From: Planctomycetota bacterium
GTDB taxonomy: Bacteria; Planctomycetota; UBA8108; SXIK01
Length of the DNA: 64,000 nt
Direction: 5' to 3'
Assembly (NCBI GenBank): GCA_965223265.1
Contig: OZ244999.1
Coordinates: 384,001 to 448,000 of the forward strand
Numbering within the stretch: the first letter of the stretch is position 1; the number at the start of each line of letters is the position of its first letter. Positions 37,986 to 47,899 of this stretch are shown piece after piece. A program made the position numbers and the translations under genes. The notes under the pieces are model-generated. The model was not told the DNA's origin and made no database searches. It was given only the letters and a program-made list of their open reading frames with translations.

Positions 37986-38954
37986 ATGCGTGGACTACCA
38001 AGAACACTCGTCTACCGCCTTGTCTTTCTATTGCTAGGCATCGCGCTGCTGCTCTTGCTGATCAACAGCCTCCTGCGTGAGGGCGCGACGTTTTCACAAG
38101 TCTTGAGACAAGCGCTCCGGGACTGCGCGCCCGTGATCCTCTGCGGAATTGGCATGACGGGGATCATTCTCGCAGGCGCGATCGATCTCTCCATTGGCGG
38201 CGTCGTCGCGCTCTCTGGAACTGTCTTCGGCGTATGTGTTTTTTGGGGCCTCAGCCCGCTCTCATGCTTCGCCGCCTGCACCGCGACAGCGTGGTTTCTG
38301 TGTGTCGTGAACGGCGCGCTTGTCAGGGTTCTCGGTATCCCGTCGATCATCGTCACGCTTGCCGGCTTGACGATCTATCGTGGGGTGGCGTTGATCGTCG
38401 CAGATCTCTCGATCGAAGATTTTAGCGGTAACATCTCGATTCATGCACCGTCGTTTCACCTGCCAGGTCGGGACTGCGCCGCGTGGATTCTGATTCCGAT
38501 CGTGGGGCTCGGACTCGTTTGGGAGGCGTTTTCTGAGACTTCTAGGCGATGGCTCGCTCTCGGAAACTCGGAGGAAGCTTGTCGTCTTCAGGGCCTCTTT
38601 CCTGGGCGCGTGCTGCAGAGCGCGTTTTTGGTCGGAGGGTTTTTCATCGGCTTCGGCTGTTTGATCGATGTCACCCAAGTGCAAGCGGTCGAGCCTGCAC
38701 GCATGGCGCTGGGGTTCGAGCTGCAGGTGATTGCCGCCGTCGTGCTTGGCGGCACGAATATCTTCGGCGGCGAGGGATGCTACGCGGGGACGGTCCTCGG
38801 TGCGGTCTTTCTCTACTTCACCGAGCAAGCAATGATCTACGCCGGAGTCAGCCCGTACCTTCAAGACGTGGTCATGGGCGGGGCGATTCTCTTGATCATT
38901 GGACTCGACTGTTTTCTTCACAAACGAGGCAAGCTGCTCGAAGAGCTGCGATAG
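37986..38954 (+). CDS. Sugar ABC transporter permease (RbsC-like)
   Basis: IDLSIG, IPSIIVTL, ELQVIAAVVLGGT..FGG.G. Confidence 0.9.
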   Translation: MRGLPRTLVYRLVFLLLGIALLLLLINSLLREGATFSQVLRQALRDCAPVILCGIGMTGIILAGAIDLSIGGVVALSGTVFGVCVFWGLSPLSCFAACTATAWFLCVVNGALVRVLGIPSIIVTLAGLTIYRGVALIVADLSIEDFSGNISIHAPSFHLPGRDCAAWILIPIVGLGLVWEAFSETSRRWLALGNSEEACRLQGLFPGRVLQSAFLVGGFFIGFGCLIDVTQVQAVEPARMALGFELQVIAAVVLGGTNIFGGEGCYAGTVLGAVFLYFTEQAMIYAGVSPYLQDVVMGGAILLIIGLDCFLHKRGKLLEELR

Positions 38955-38994
38955 CCATTCGATCGATGGTCGCACCGATCATCGCGTCAAGATC

Positions 38995-39954
38995 ATGCGC
39001 AAACATCATTTGGTTCTGGTCGCGATTCTTGTCGCTGAGACGATCTTTTTCGCTGCGATCAGCGGACCAAGTTTCGACTCAGTCGCCGAGGCAGTGAACT
39101 ACACGTCGAGCTACTTTGCTGACCTTGTCGCGCAGGCGGCTCCTGAGTTCTTTCTTGCCTTCGGGATGACGCTCGTACTCATGACGGCGGGCATCGATCT
39201 GTCCGTCGGTTCCCTCGTGGCGCTTGTCGCCAGTACGATGGCTCTTTTTTCTGGCGGCTCGGATTTCTGGTGGAGCGCACTGCCGCTTGGGCTTGTTGTG
39301 GCTGTTTCTCTTGGTGGGGCGAACGGCGTCCTCGTCTCGGTGTTCGACATCCCACCGATTATCGCAACGCTCGGTACCATGATTTTTTTTCGTGGCTGGT
39401 GTTTTTTTATTCTTGGCGACCTTGAACGCGCGCCGTTCGTGGACGTCCCAGGCTACGGCGTGCTGGGAGAGTTCAATTGTGTGCTGCCGATGCTTGCGGT
39501 CCTCTATGGCGTCGGCGGGGTCTGGTTCTATCGCTCGCGTTGGCGCCGAGAGATTGTCTTCGTCGGCGGGCACCGCGTCGCGGCGCATTACGCGGGGGTG
39601 CGGGTCGGGCGAATTCTCGTCTCGGTCTATCTGCTTATGGGGGTGTTGGCGTTCCTTGCAGCCGTGACATTTACGGCACGTAACGGCTCAGTGAGTGGTA
39701 GTGCGTTGACTGGTCTCGAGTTGAAGGTCATCGTTGCGGTCGTTCTCGGAGGCACACGCGTGCAGGGGGGCCATGGCTCCCTGTTCGGATCCTTCCTTGG
39801 TGTTCTCGTGATCGCTGTGCTGGAAGAAGGGCTGCGCAGCTCCGCGGCGTGGGGCGAAAGTCATTTACCGTTCAAGTTGAGCCACCTCGAGTATATTCTG
39901 CTCGGGCTTCTCTTGATTGTTGGCGTGCGCTGGAGCATGCGGCGACGCGATTGA
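38995..39954 (+). CDS. Sugar ABC transporter permease (RbsC-like)
   Basis: GIDLSVGS, IPPIIATLG, ELKVIVAVVLGGT..GG.GS. Confidence 0.9.
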   Translation: MRKHHLVLVAILVAETIFFAAISGPSFDSVAEAVNYTSSYFADLVAQAAPEFFLAFGMTLVLMTAGIDLSVGSLVALVASTMALFSGGSDFWWSALPLGLVVAVSLGGANGVLVSVFDIPPIIATLGTMIFFRGWCFFILGDLERAPFVDVPGYGVLGEFNCVLPMLAVLYGVGGVWFYRSRWRREIVFVGGHRVAAHYAGVRVGRILVSVYLLMGVLAFLAAVTFTARNGSVSGSALTGLELKVIVAVVLGGTRVQGGHGSLFGSFLGVLVIAVLEEGLRSSAAWGESHLPFKLSHLEYILLGLLLIVGVRWSMRRRD

Positions 39955-40050
39955 TGGCGCCGAAAAGCGTCAACCTTCTCACCTTCGATTGCAAGCGCTT
40001 GACAGCGGTATGCGATCGCCGATGATCAGGAAACTTGGAGGAACCGACTG

Positions 40051-41124
40051 ATGACCATGATGATGAAATCACTGATTCTCCGATTCTCTTGCGGCATGCG
40101 TGGGTGCCTCGAATTGATCTTGGCGGTCTGCGTCGCGTTGACCCTCGGCTGCGGTGGCGGAGATCATCAGCCTGCCGACGGAAGCAGTGGGGGAGACGTC
40201 GACAAGGATTCGGTCGTCATCGCCATGCTGCCGAAGCTGGTGAATATCGACTATTTCGATGCGTGCGAGCGCGGTGCCCGGCGCGCTGCCGAGGAGGCTG
40301 GAGTGCAGCTCATCTTTGATGGGCCGGCGACCGCGAGCGCGTCTGAGCAGACGAAGTACGTGGACACGTGGATTCGGCAGCGTGTCGATGCCATTTGTGT
40401 CGCGCCGAACCAGCCCAAGTCGATGGCCAAGTACATCAAGAAAGCCCAAGATGCCGGCATCAAGGTGCTCACCTGGGATACCGATGCTCCAGAGAGTACA
40501 CGCGACCTGATGGTGAACCAGATCGACGACGAAGTCCTGGGGTATGCTCTCATGGACGATCTGGCGCGACAAATGAACGAAGAGGGGACGTGGGCCGTAA
40601 TCATCGGTAGCCTCGACGCCGCGAACCTGAATACTTGGCGGCGCTTCGCGCAGGCGCGTGCCAAGGAGAAGTATCCGCGGTTGACACTCGTGCAGACGGT
40701 CGTGACCGGCGAGGACGAGAATCAAGCGCGCCAGAAGGTCGAGACGCTGTTGAACGCGAATCCGGATCTTGGCGGCATGATCGCGTTCGATTCCAACTCT
40801 GTACCCGGTGCTGCTGCGGCGCTGGAGCAGTCGGGGAAGGGAGGAGCGGTGGTGCTGGTTGGCAACTCCACTCCAAACAAGATGCGTCCCTTTATCGAGA
40901 GAGGAGTCCTCGAGAGTTTCTACCTTTGGGATCCCGCCGCTCTCGGGGCTTTAACGGTGCACCTTGCGAATTCCCTGGTGCGCGGCGTGACGATCGGGCC
41001 GGGAACGGAGCTCTCTAGTTTCGGCCCGCTTCGTTTCAGCACGAAGGACCCCAAAATGGTGATCCTTTCCGATCCGATCCGCTTCACCAAAGAGAACATC
41101 GACGATTACGATTTCGGCATTTGA
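40051..41124 (+). CDS. Sugar ABC substrate-binding lipoprotein (LsrB/RhaS-like)
   Basis: Lipobox LTLGC, PKLVNIDYF, VLTWDTD, LWDPAALG, FTKENIDDYDF. Confidence 0.87.
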   Translation: MTMMMKSLILRFSCGMRGCLELILAVCVALTLGCGGGDHQPADGSSGGDVDKDSVVIAMLPKLVNIDYFDACERGARRAAEEAGVQLIFDGPATASASEQTKYVDTWIRQRVDAICVAPNQPKSMAKYIKKAQDAGIKVLTWDTDAPESTRDLMVNQIDDEVLGYALMDDLARQMNEEGTWAVIIGSLDAANLNTWRRFAQARAKEKYPRLTLVQTVVTGEDENQARQKVETLLNANPDLGGMIAFDSNSVPGAAAALEQSGKGGAVVLVGNSTPNKMRPFIERGVLESFYLWDPAALGALTVHLANSLVRGVTIGPGTELSSFGPLRFSTKDPKMVILSDPIRFTKENIDDYDFGI

Positions 41125-41387
41125 GCCGGTACCAACTGTGCGATGAGGGAGGTCACGCGCTGCAGGAGCTTCTGACAGTTTCCGGGTGTCCTCCCAACGT
41201 CTGTTGCTCCTTTCACCGCCGGTGCGATTCCCGATCTGGGCACACAGGGCCGACGACGGGACCGAAAACATCCGTTGTGTTGTCTTCGTGCAGAGACTAA
41301 GCTCTTTGTTCACGCCATGTTGCACGAGATGTTTGGGCAGGCTGTGAAAAACGCGGCGATTCTTCGACGAGCGAGCCATCTGCAATC

Positions 41388-41978
41388 ATGAGACGCGCGG
41401 AAGACTGGAGAGAGATCGAAGCGTGTGCCGAGGCGGATGCCATCGCGGAGGTCCTCAGCGGCTCCACCGACGCGTTCCGGCCGCTCGTGGCGAAGTATGA
41501 GCGCCCGGTGTTCGGGCTTTGCCGTCGCCTGATGCGCGGTAGCGACGATGAGGCCGAAGATCTCACTCAGGAGACATTCGTGCGTGCTTACCGCTTTCTC
41601 AACGCGCTGAAAGACCCGCATCGCTTCGGGCCGTGGCTGTTTCGCATCGCTCGGTCTCTGTGTCGCGACCGCCTGCGGCGTTTGGAGACGGAGCGGCGAG
41701 CGCTCAAGGGGCATGCGGTGACTCTTGAACATCGGCTCCGCGGGGCGTCCTCTGCGCACGACGCGCTAGGAGGCGCGGAGTGCACGAGCGCGCTGAATGA
41801 GCTCCCGGAAGTGCAGCGCCGTGCGCTCGAGCTGCGCTACTTCGACGGACTCTCGTACAACGAGCTTGCCGAGCGTCTATCGCTGACCTTTGCGCAGGCT
41901 GACCATCTGATTCGCAAGGCGCGTGCGCACCTCGAGAGACGGCTGAAAGTGAGAATACAGAATGAGCGGAGTGTGTGA
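41388..41978 (+). CDS. ECF sigma-70 factor
   Basis: AEDLTQETFVRAY, FGPWLFRIAR, region 4 LRYFDGLSYNELAERL. Confidence 0.9.
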   Translation: MRRAEDWREIEACAEADAIAEVLSGSTDAFRPLVAKYERPVFGLCRRLMRGSDDEAEDLTQETFVRAYRFLNALKDPHRFGPWLFRIARSLCRDRLRRLETERRALKGHAVTLEHRLRGASSAHDALGGAECTSALNELPEVQRRALELRYFDGLSYNELAERLSLTFAQADHLIRKARAHLERRLKVRIQNERSV

Positions 41979-43107
41979 CGAGCTGCTCCCTATTCTCGGT
42001 CTCTACGCCGAAGGGGAGCTTCCCGACGCGTCGACCGTCGAGATCGTACGACGACACGTGCGCAGGTGTAGTCGGTGCTCCGTTCGTCTTTCACGTTGGG
42101 ATGCGTTGACTCGGCTCATGCTCGCCGAGGAGGCGGCTGGGCCGCTCGACGACGTGTTGGGTGACATGGTCGCCAGCGAGCGCCGGGTCGACGCTGTCAT
42201 GGAGCGACTCTGCGGACTCTCGGGGGTGTCGACCGCGTCGGCACCGGAGGTGTCGGTGGCTTTCCGCCAGCACCCGCCTGCGCAGGCTGAGCCTAGCTTT
42301 GCGCTGCTGGGCACCGAGGGCGACGTCTCCAGTATCGCCGCGCGAGTTGACGTCGAGTCTCAGCTCCGTCGTGCGCTCGACGAGCTCGAAAGAAATCCTG
42401 ACGATGGTGCCAGGGCTCGGGCGCGGGGCGTGCCGGTGGTTTCGCCTTGGCGTCGCCGGATCCTTTCGGTCATGGCCGCTGCTGCCGCTGCAGCTGCTTT
42501 GTTCCTTCTGCCGCTTGATGGTGGTCGGCGTTCTGCGCCGCTGAATGAGCCCGTCGGTCAGGCGGTGGTGGTGCCTGGAGGCTCACTCGCTGTTGCATCG
42601 CCGGTTGTTGATACCGGCGGCGAGCATCGCTGGATTCTGGTCGGCCCTCCACTCAACGACTCAGATCCACGGCCGCCAGCGGCTACACCGGTGAGCCGTC
42701 GCTTCTCGCCGGTCGGCCTCGCCGGCCATGAGTGGGTTGTCGAAATCTCTTTCGGCGTGACGGATCATTCGGGGCGGACGACGTTCGCGCTCGTACCGTT
42801 CGGCCACGCGACGACGTCGACTGCGCTGCAGCCGTTTCGTGCCTTGCGAGCGTTTCGGCGTACATCGACAATGGCGGTTCTGCAGGCGAGAGGAAGCCCG
42901 GGTGGCGAATCCCCGGGCTACCGCGTCGTCGTCTTCGAACGGAAACCTGTTGTCTCGGGTTATGCGCTGGATCCAGCGGCGTCGCAGCGTTCGGCTGCGG
43001 CCCCGCTCCTATTCCACGACTTCTGGCAGTCGGCGCCCAAACATCGCCGCCACGCTGCCGTGTCACCGACGCCGGTTACGTTCCCGGTCGTCGGCGACCT
43101 CCGCTAG
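41962..43107 (+). CDS. Putative zinc-finger anti-sigma factor
   Basis: Overlaps the ECF gene. YAEGEL...HVRRCSRC (HxxxCxxC), and a TM segment after PWRR. Confidence 0.75.
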   Translation: MSGVCDELLPILGLYAEGELPDASTVEIVRRHVRRCSRCSVRLSRWDALTRLMLAEEAAGPLDDVLGDMVASERRVDAVMERLCGLSGVSTASAPEVSVAFRQHPPAQAEPSFALLGTEGDVSSIAARVDVESQLRRALDELERNPDDGARARARGVPVVSPWRRRILSVMAAAAAAAALFLLPLDGGRRSAPLNEPVGQAVVVPGGSLAVASPVVDTGGEHRWILVGPPLNDSDPRPPAATPVSRRFSPVGLAGHEWVVEISFGVTDHSGRTTFALVPFGHATTSTALQPFRALRAFRRTSTMAVLQARGSPGGESPGYRVVVFERKPVVSGYALDPAASQRSAAAPLLFHDFWQSAPKHRRHAAVSPTPVTFPVVGDLR

Positions 43108-43273
43108 TTGGCCACACTTTGCGCAGTCCTCCCCCGCAAGGCCTTGCAATCCGCCCGCAGTTTTTGAACAATAGGTGTTCGTCCTGGGGTCCTACAGACA
43201 GTCGATACGAACGACTCGGTCAATGAAGCCGAGATGTGCGAACTCTTGCTCTGTTTGAGAGGATCCAACGAGG

Positions 43274-45880
43274 GTGGGCGACGCGGTATCTGAAACTGAG
43301 GGGCTCAAGACGCGCATCGCGGCTGTGAGGTCTGGGGGGCGGAGGCTTCATCGCGACCAGTCGAACGCGCTCGACGTCGTCGAAGGCTACACAGCCTCCA
43401 TGGACGACGTCGTGGTCTCTGTGGCGAAGGACCACCTCGATGACGGGTGCGCCGTCGTTGCCGTCGGTGGGTACGGCCGTCGTGAACTCTGTCCCTTCTC
43501 CGATACCGATCTCCTCTTCTTGAGACCGTCCCACCGCGACACCCCGGGAATCGAGCGTCTCATCCGGCTGCTGTGGGACGCCGGACTAGAGCCTGGTCAC
43601 TCGCTGCGGACTCCTGCCGAGTGCTACGGGTCCATGCTCGATGATCCAGCCACCGCGACATGTCTTCTCGAGGCGCGGTTCGTCTGCGGCGATGCCGACC
43701 TCTATCAAACATTTACCGAAGTCGCCGTCGAGCGCTTCCGTCGCCGTCGTCGTCGCCCCTTTGTCCTGGAGCAGCTACGGGAGATCCGAGCTTCGCTGGA
43801 CGACCCGGCGCGAACGATTTACGCTGTCGAGCCGAACGTCAAGGACGGAGCCTGTGGACTCCGCGATATTCAACGTGTGCGCTGGATTGAGAACTTATGC
43901 TCCGGCGTCTCGTCGCTCGATGCGCTTTTGGTCCATGGAGATTTCTCACGAGACAGCCTTGAGGCCCTTCGCAGCGCGTACACGTTCTTGTTGCGGGTGC
44001 GCTTTGAATTGCATTTGGTGAACGGCGTCCGCGTGGACGTGCTCGAGCGTGACGTTCAGCCTTTGGTGGCGCAACATCTTGGTTATGGCGCCGACCACGA
44101 CGACGTCCGAGGCGCAGTGGAAGGTCTCATGGGAGACTACTACCGACACTCGCGCGCGGTCTTGCGGTTTCTTCGTTACTACTCGGAGACCGAAACACGT
44201 GGCCGGCGTTTCTTCAGCGGGTACGCCCGCAAGTTTCTTGCGACTCGAGTCAATCCGTACTTGGCCGAGTTCCGCGGACGGCTCTATCTGACAGCGCTGC
44301 CGCCAAAGGGCGGTTCAGCGGACGAGATCCTCGAAGTTTTTTCGCACGCCCAGAGTCGCGGCGCGCGTCTAAGCGAGGCGCTCTGCGAGACGATGCGTGG
44401 CTGGGTGGCGGCGGACCAATCGTCATGGACCCATTCGGGATCTGTCGTGCATGCCTTCGTGGCCATTTTGCGGCGCGGCGACCACGTCGGACGGCTGCTC
44501 AAAACGATGCACGAGACGCGTGTGCTTGAACGCATCATTCCGGAGTTCAAGCCTCTCGACTGCCTCGTCAGCTTCGATGGACATCATCACTTCACCGTTG
44601 ACGAGCACACATTAAAGACGCTCAGAGAGCTCGATCGCATTGCTTCCGACCATGACTATCCGTTCCCCGAGTTTAAGCGTGTGTACGACGAAATCGCGTC
44701 GCCTCTCGCGCTGCGGTTGGCCTTGCTGCTTCATGACATCGGAAAGGCTTACGAAGGCAACCACTCGGTCACCGGTGTCGAGATGGCGCTCGGCATTTGC
44801 GATCGACTAGGGTTTCGGCAGCAATTGCGTGCCGACGTTGAGTTCTTGGTCTATCAGCATCTCGAGCTGTTCAAGGTCTCTGAGCGGCGAGACGTTAACG
44901 AGCCAGGCGTGCTGGAGGGACTCGCGAATCTCGTACAGAGTGAGGAGAGGCTCAAGATGCTCTACCTCCTTACATATATAGATATCGTTTCCGTTGGTCC
45001 AGGAACCTGGACGCGCTGGAAAGGGGCACAGCTGCAAGAACTTTACGAGAAGACGCGTCTACATTTTCAGAGCGGTGACGCTTCCAACGAAACCGTTCGT
45101 GGCCTGCTCGTCGGCTCGCACCTTTCGGCGGAGGAACAGGAGCTTCTGCTCGATCACTGCACGCGTATGAACACTCCGACGTACCACATGGAAACGCCCC
45201 CGGAGCGCATGCTGGCTCACGTGCAGCGAGCTGAGGACGTCAAGAAAGATGGTCGACTGCAGGTGGCTCTCGAGAGTTACGGGGATTACCACGAAGTGTT
45301 TTTTTGCGGCGAAGATCGCGCCAATCTCTTTGTCGATCTGGCAGGCCTACTTTTCTCCGAAGGCTTTGACGTTTTGAGTGCACGCATTCACTCGCGTGAC
45401 GACGGCATCGCGATCGATCAGTTCTACGTTGAAATCGCCGACGGAGTGCGCATTTCGGCCGCGGATCGACTTGAGCGACTTCAAGCGAAGATCGACCGGC
45501 TCTCGACGCGGCGTGCGACGATGGCTGACCTGGTGCGACAGCGGGCGCGCGACTACAAGGTCTCTCTTCGCTCCAAGCCGCTCTTCGGAGCTCGCGTCGT
45601 GGTCCGAAACGATGTGTCGGAGCTCTTGAGCGTGATCGAAGTGAGTGCTGCGGATCGACCTGGCCTCCTCTTCGACCTGGCTTCGACGCTTCATCATTTG
45701 AACCTCGACGTCCGGATGGCTAAGGTGTCGACCGCGGGCGAACGCGTGCGCGACTCTTTTTACGTTGTGGAAGTGGACGGGTCGAAGATCGAGAATCCGG
45801 CCCGCCGTCAGGAGATCGAACAGTCCATGAAACAGTGTGCCCAGACTCCCCCGGAGATGCTGACGGCGCACACACCATGA
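43274..45880 (+). CDS. glnD: [Protein-PII] uridylyltransferase/uridylyl-removing enzyme
   Basis: AVGGYGRRELCPFSDTDL, EPNVKDGACGLRD, HHFTVDEH, LLHDIGK, two ACT domains (DRANLF, DRPGLL). Confidence 0.95.
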   Translation: MGDAVSETEGLKTRIAAVRSGGRRLHRDQSNALDVVEGYTASMDDVVVSVAKDHLDDGCAVVAVGGYGRRELCPFSDTDLLFLRPSHRDTPGIERLIRLLWDAGLEPGHSLRTPAECYGSMLDDPATATCLLEARFVCGDADLYQTFTEVAVERFRRRRRRPFVLEQLREIRASLDDPARTIYAVEPNVKDGACGLRDIQRVRWIENLCSGVSSLDALLVHGDFSRDSLEALRSAYTFLLRVRFELHLVNGVRVDVLERDVQPLVAQHLGYGADHDDVRGAVEGLMGDYYRHSRAVLRFLRYYSETETRGRRFFSGYARKFLATRVNPYLAEFRGRLYLTALPPKGGSADEILEVFSHAQSRGARLSEALCETMRGWVAADQSSWTHSGSVVHAFVAILRRGDHVGRLLKTMHETRVLERIIPEFKPLDCLVSFDGHHHFTVDEHTLKTLRELDRIASDHDYPFPEFKRVYDEIASPLALRLALLLHDIGKAYEGNHSVTGVEMALGICDRLGFRQQLRADVEFLVYQHLELFKVSERRDVNEPGVLEGLANLVQSEERLKMLYLLTYIDIVSVGPGTWTRWKGAQLQELYEKTRLHFQSGDASNETVRGLLVGSHLSAEEQELLLDHCTRMNTPTYHMETPPERMLAHVQRAEDVKKDGRLQVALESYGDYHEVFFCGEDRANLFVDLAGLLFSEGFDVLSARIHSRDDGIAIDQFYVEIADGVRISAADRLERLQAKIDRLSTRRATMADLVRQRARDYKVSLRSKPLFGARVVVRNDVSELLSVIEVSAADRPGLLFDLASTLHHLNLDVRMAKVSTAGERVRDSFYVVEVDGSKIENPARRQEIEQSMKQCAQTPPEMLTAHTP

Positions 45881-45938
45881 TCGGTTTCGGAGGATTGCGC
45901 GTGAGCGCATCCGTAAAACGTTTCAGAGGGAGACTTCA

Positions 45939-46286
45939 ATGAAGTACATCATCGCAATCGTCCAGCCGTCTCGGTTGGAGGCTGTGAAGGAGGCACTGAG
46001 CAAGGTCGAAGTGTTTCGCTTGACGGTCAGCGACGCCCAAGGGATCGGGCGGCAGAAAGGGCACACCGAGATTTACCGCGGGCACGAGTATCAGGTCAAT
46101 TTGGTCTCGAAGGTGAAGCTTGAGATCGCCGTCAACGACGAGTTCGTCGAGCCGACGATTGAAGCGATCATCCGTGGAGGCCGGACCGGCGAAGAAGGCA
46201 AGATCGGCGACGGCAAGGTTTTTGTCTTGCCGCTCGAGGACTGTGTCCGCATCCGCACTGGTGAGCGCGGCGGCGAGGGTATATGA
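45939..46286 (+). CDS. glnK: P-II nitrogen regulatory protein (amtB-linked)
   Basis: G.GRQKGHTEIYRG.EY T-loop, TG..GKIGDGKVFV, RIRTGE. Confidence 0.93.
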   Translation: MKYIIAIVQPSRLEAVKEALSKVEVFRLTVSDAQGIGRQKGHTEIYRGHEYQVNLVSKVKLEIAVNDEFVEPTIEAIIRGGRTGEEGKIGDGKVFVLPLEDCVRIRTGERGGEGI

Positions 46287-46444
46287 CACGACGCCGTAGT
46301 TCGCCGCGCCAGCGTCACGAAAAGGCGCGCGTGCGGCGGGCACGATAGCTTCCGAAGGAACTCTGACGATTCCTCTCCGTCATTGGGTCGAGCGTGGTGG
46401 GTCCCAAGTCTCGACCATACGAAAACGTGAGAGGTAGGTCATTC

Positions 46445-47773
46445 ATGCGAGGTTTGTCACGGCTGAAAGGGCCGCGGGTTGTGGGTTGCGCTCTGGTTTT
46501 GAGTCTGTTGACTCCTGCGCTTTGGGCGCAGGATGACGGCGCGATCGACCCTGCGTCGACCGCGTGGATCCTTGCTTGCTGCGCCTTGGTGCTGTTCATG
46601 ACGCCGGGCCTGGCGCTCTTCTACGCCGGCATGGTGCGCTCGAAGAACGTTCTCGGCACCATGATGCACAGTCTCTTCTGCATGGGACTGGTGTCGATTC
46701 AGTGGGTTGTGATTGGATACTCGCTGAGTTTTAGCGAGGGTAACGCGTTCATCGGTGGGTTTGATTTCGTGCTCTTGAAGGGCGTGTCCTTTACCGAGCC
46801 ACGGGAAGGCGACGTGATCCCACACATGCTCTTCATGACCTTTCAGATGATGTTCGCCATCATCACGCCGGCGCTCATCTCCGGCGGCTTTGCTGAGCGC
46901 GTCAAGTTTCGCGCTTTCGCCATCTTCACCTTGCTTTGGGCGACGCTGGTCTACGACCCGATTTGCCATTGGGTCTGGGGCGGGGGCATTCTTGCCGAGG
47001 CTGAAGGGAGCTGGCTTAAGAACTTGTGCGGTGTCGGAGCCTTGGACTTCGCCGGCGGCACCGTGGTCCACATCTCGTCCGGTGTCTCGGCGCTCGTGCT
47101 GGCCATCCTCATCGGCCGCCGCCGCGGCTACCCTGCCATGAAGATGGCACCGAACAGCCTCGGATTGACCGTACTCGGCGCTGGAATCCTCTGGTTCGGC
47201 TGGTTCGGTTTCAACGGTGGCAGCGGCCTCGCCGCCGACGGCACCGCCGTCCTGGCGTTCACCGTCACACACATCTGCGCCGCTTCGGCTGCTGTCGCCT
47301 GGGCGATCATCGAGCGCTTCCATCACGGCAAGGCGACGGTCCTCGGCGTCGCCACTGGGCTCGTCGCCGGGCTTGTTTGCATCACGCCCGCGGCGGGTTC
47401 CGTCGGGCCCGGAAGCGCGCTGATCATGGGCGTGATCGTCTCAGCCGTCTGTTACCTCTTCGTCACGGTCCTCAAGGTCCGGCTCGGCTACGACGACTCA
47501 CTCGACGCCTTCGGTGTGCACGGCGTCGGCGGAACGGTTGGTGCGATTCTGACCGGCATATTTTTCATGCGTGATGAGACCACGTCGATCGGCCCGCAGC
47601 TCAGGGCGCAGATCGTCGCGACGCTGGTCACTGCGGTCTACGCCGCGGGCGTCACGTTCATCCTGTTCTTCGTTGTTGAGAATGTCTGTGGCGGATTCCG
47701 CTTGAGCGAGGAGGACGAAGGCACAGGTCTTGACCTCTCGCAGCACGGCGAAGTCGGCTACGACCTTCGTTAA
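46445..47773 (+). CDS. amtB: Ammonium transporter
   Basis: LFMTPGLALFYAG, FQMMFAIITPAL, DFAGGTVVH, WFGWFGFNGGS, DDSLDAFGVHG. Confidence 0.96.
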   Translation: MRGLSRLKGPRVVGCALVLSLLTPALWAQDDGAIDPASTAWILACCALVLFMTPGLALFYAGMVRSKNVLGTMMHSLFCMGLVSIQWVVIGYSLSFSEGNAFIGGFDFVLLKGVSFTEPREGDVIPHMLFMTFQMMFAIITPALISGGFAERVKFRAFAIFTLLWATLVYDPICHWVWGGGILAEAEGSWLKNLCGVGALDFAGGTVVHISSGVSALVLAILIGRRRGYPAMKMAPNSLGLTVLGAGILWFGWFGFNGGSGLAADGTAVLAFTVTHICAASAAVAWAIIERFHHGKATVLGVATGLVAGLVCITPAAGSVGPGSALIMGVIVSAVCYLFVTVLKVRLGYDDSLDAFGVHGVGGTVGAILTGIFFMRDETTSIGPQLRAQIVATLVTAVYAAGVTFILFFVVENVCGGFRLSEEDEGTGLDLSQHGEVGYDLR

Positions 47774-47899
47774 ATCTCTCAACGCGCTGCGGCGTGAAAG
47801 AGGAGGCTTGCTGGCTTTGGCGGTGCGGCTGAAGCATAGCCGGCTCTTCCGTTCACGCCGCAGCGCGCGTTCGTGTTTCCCCACTCCGCGCGGGCGCGG

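Noticed and set aside
43109-43122. sigma54 promoter upstream of glnD
   Set aside because: GG-to-GC spacing is 9 nt rather than the required 10
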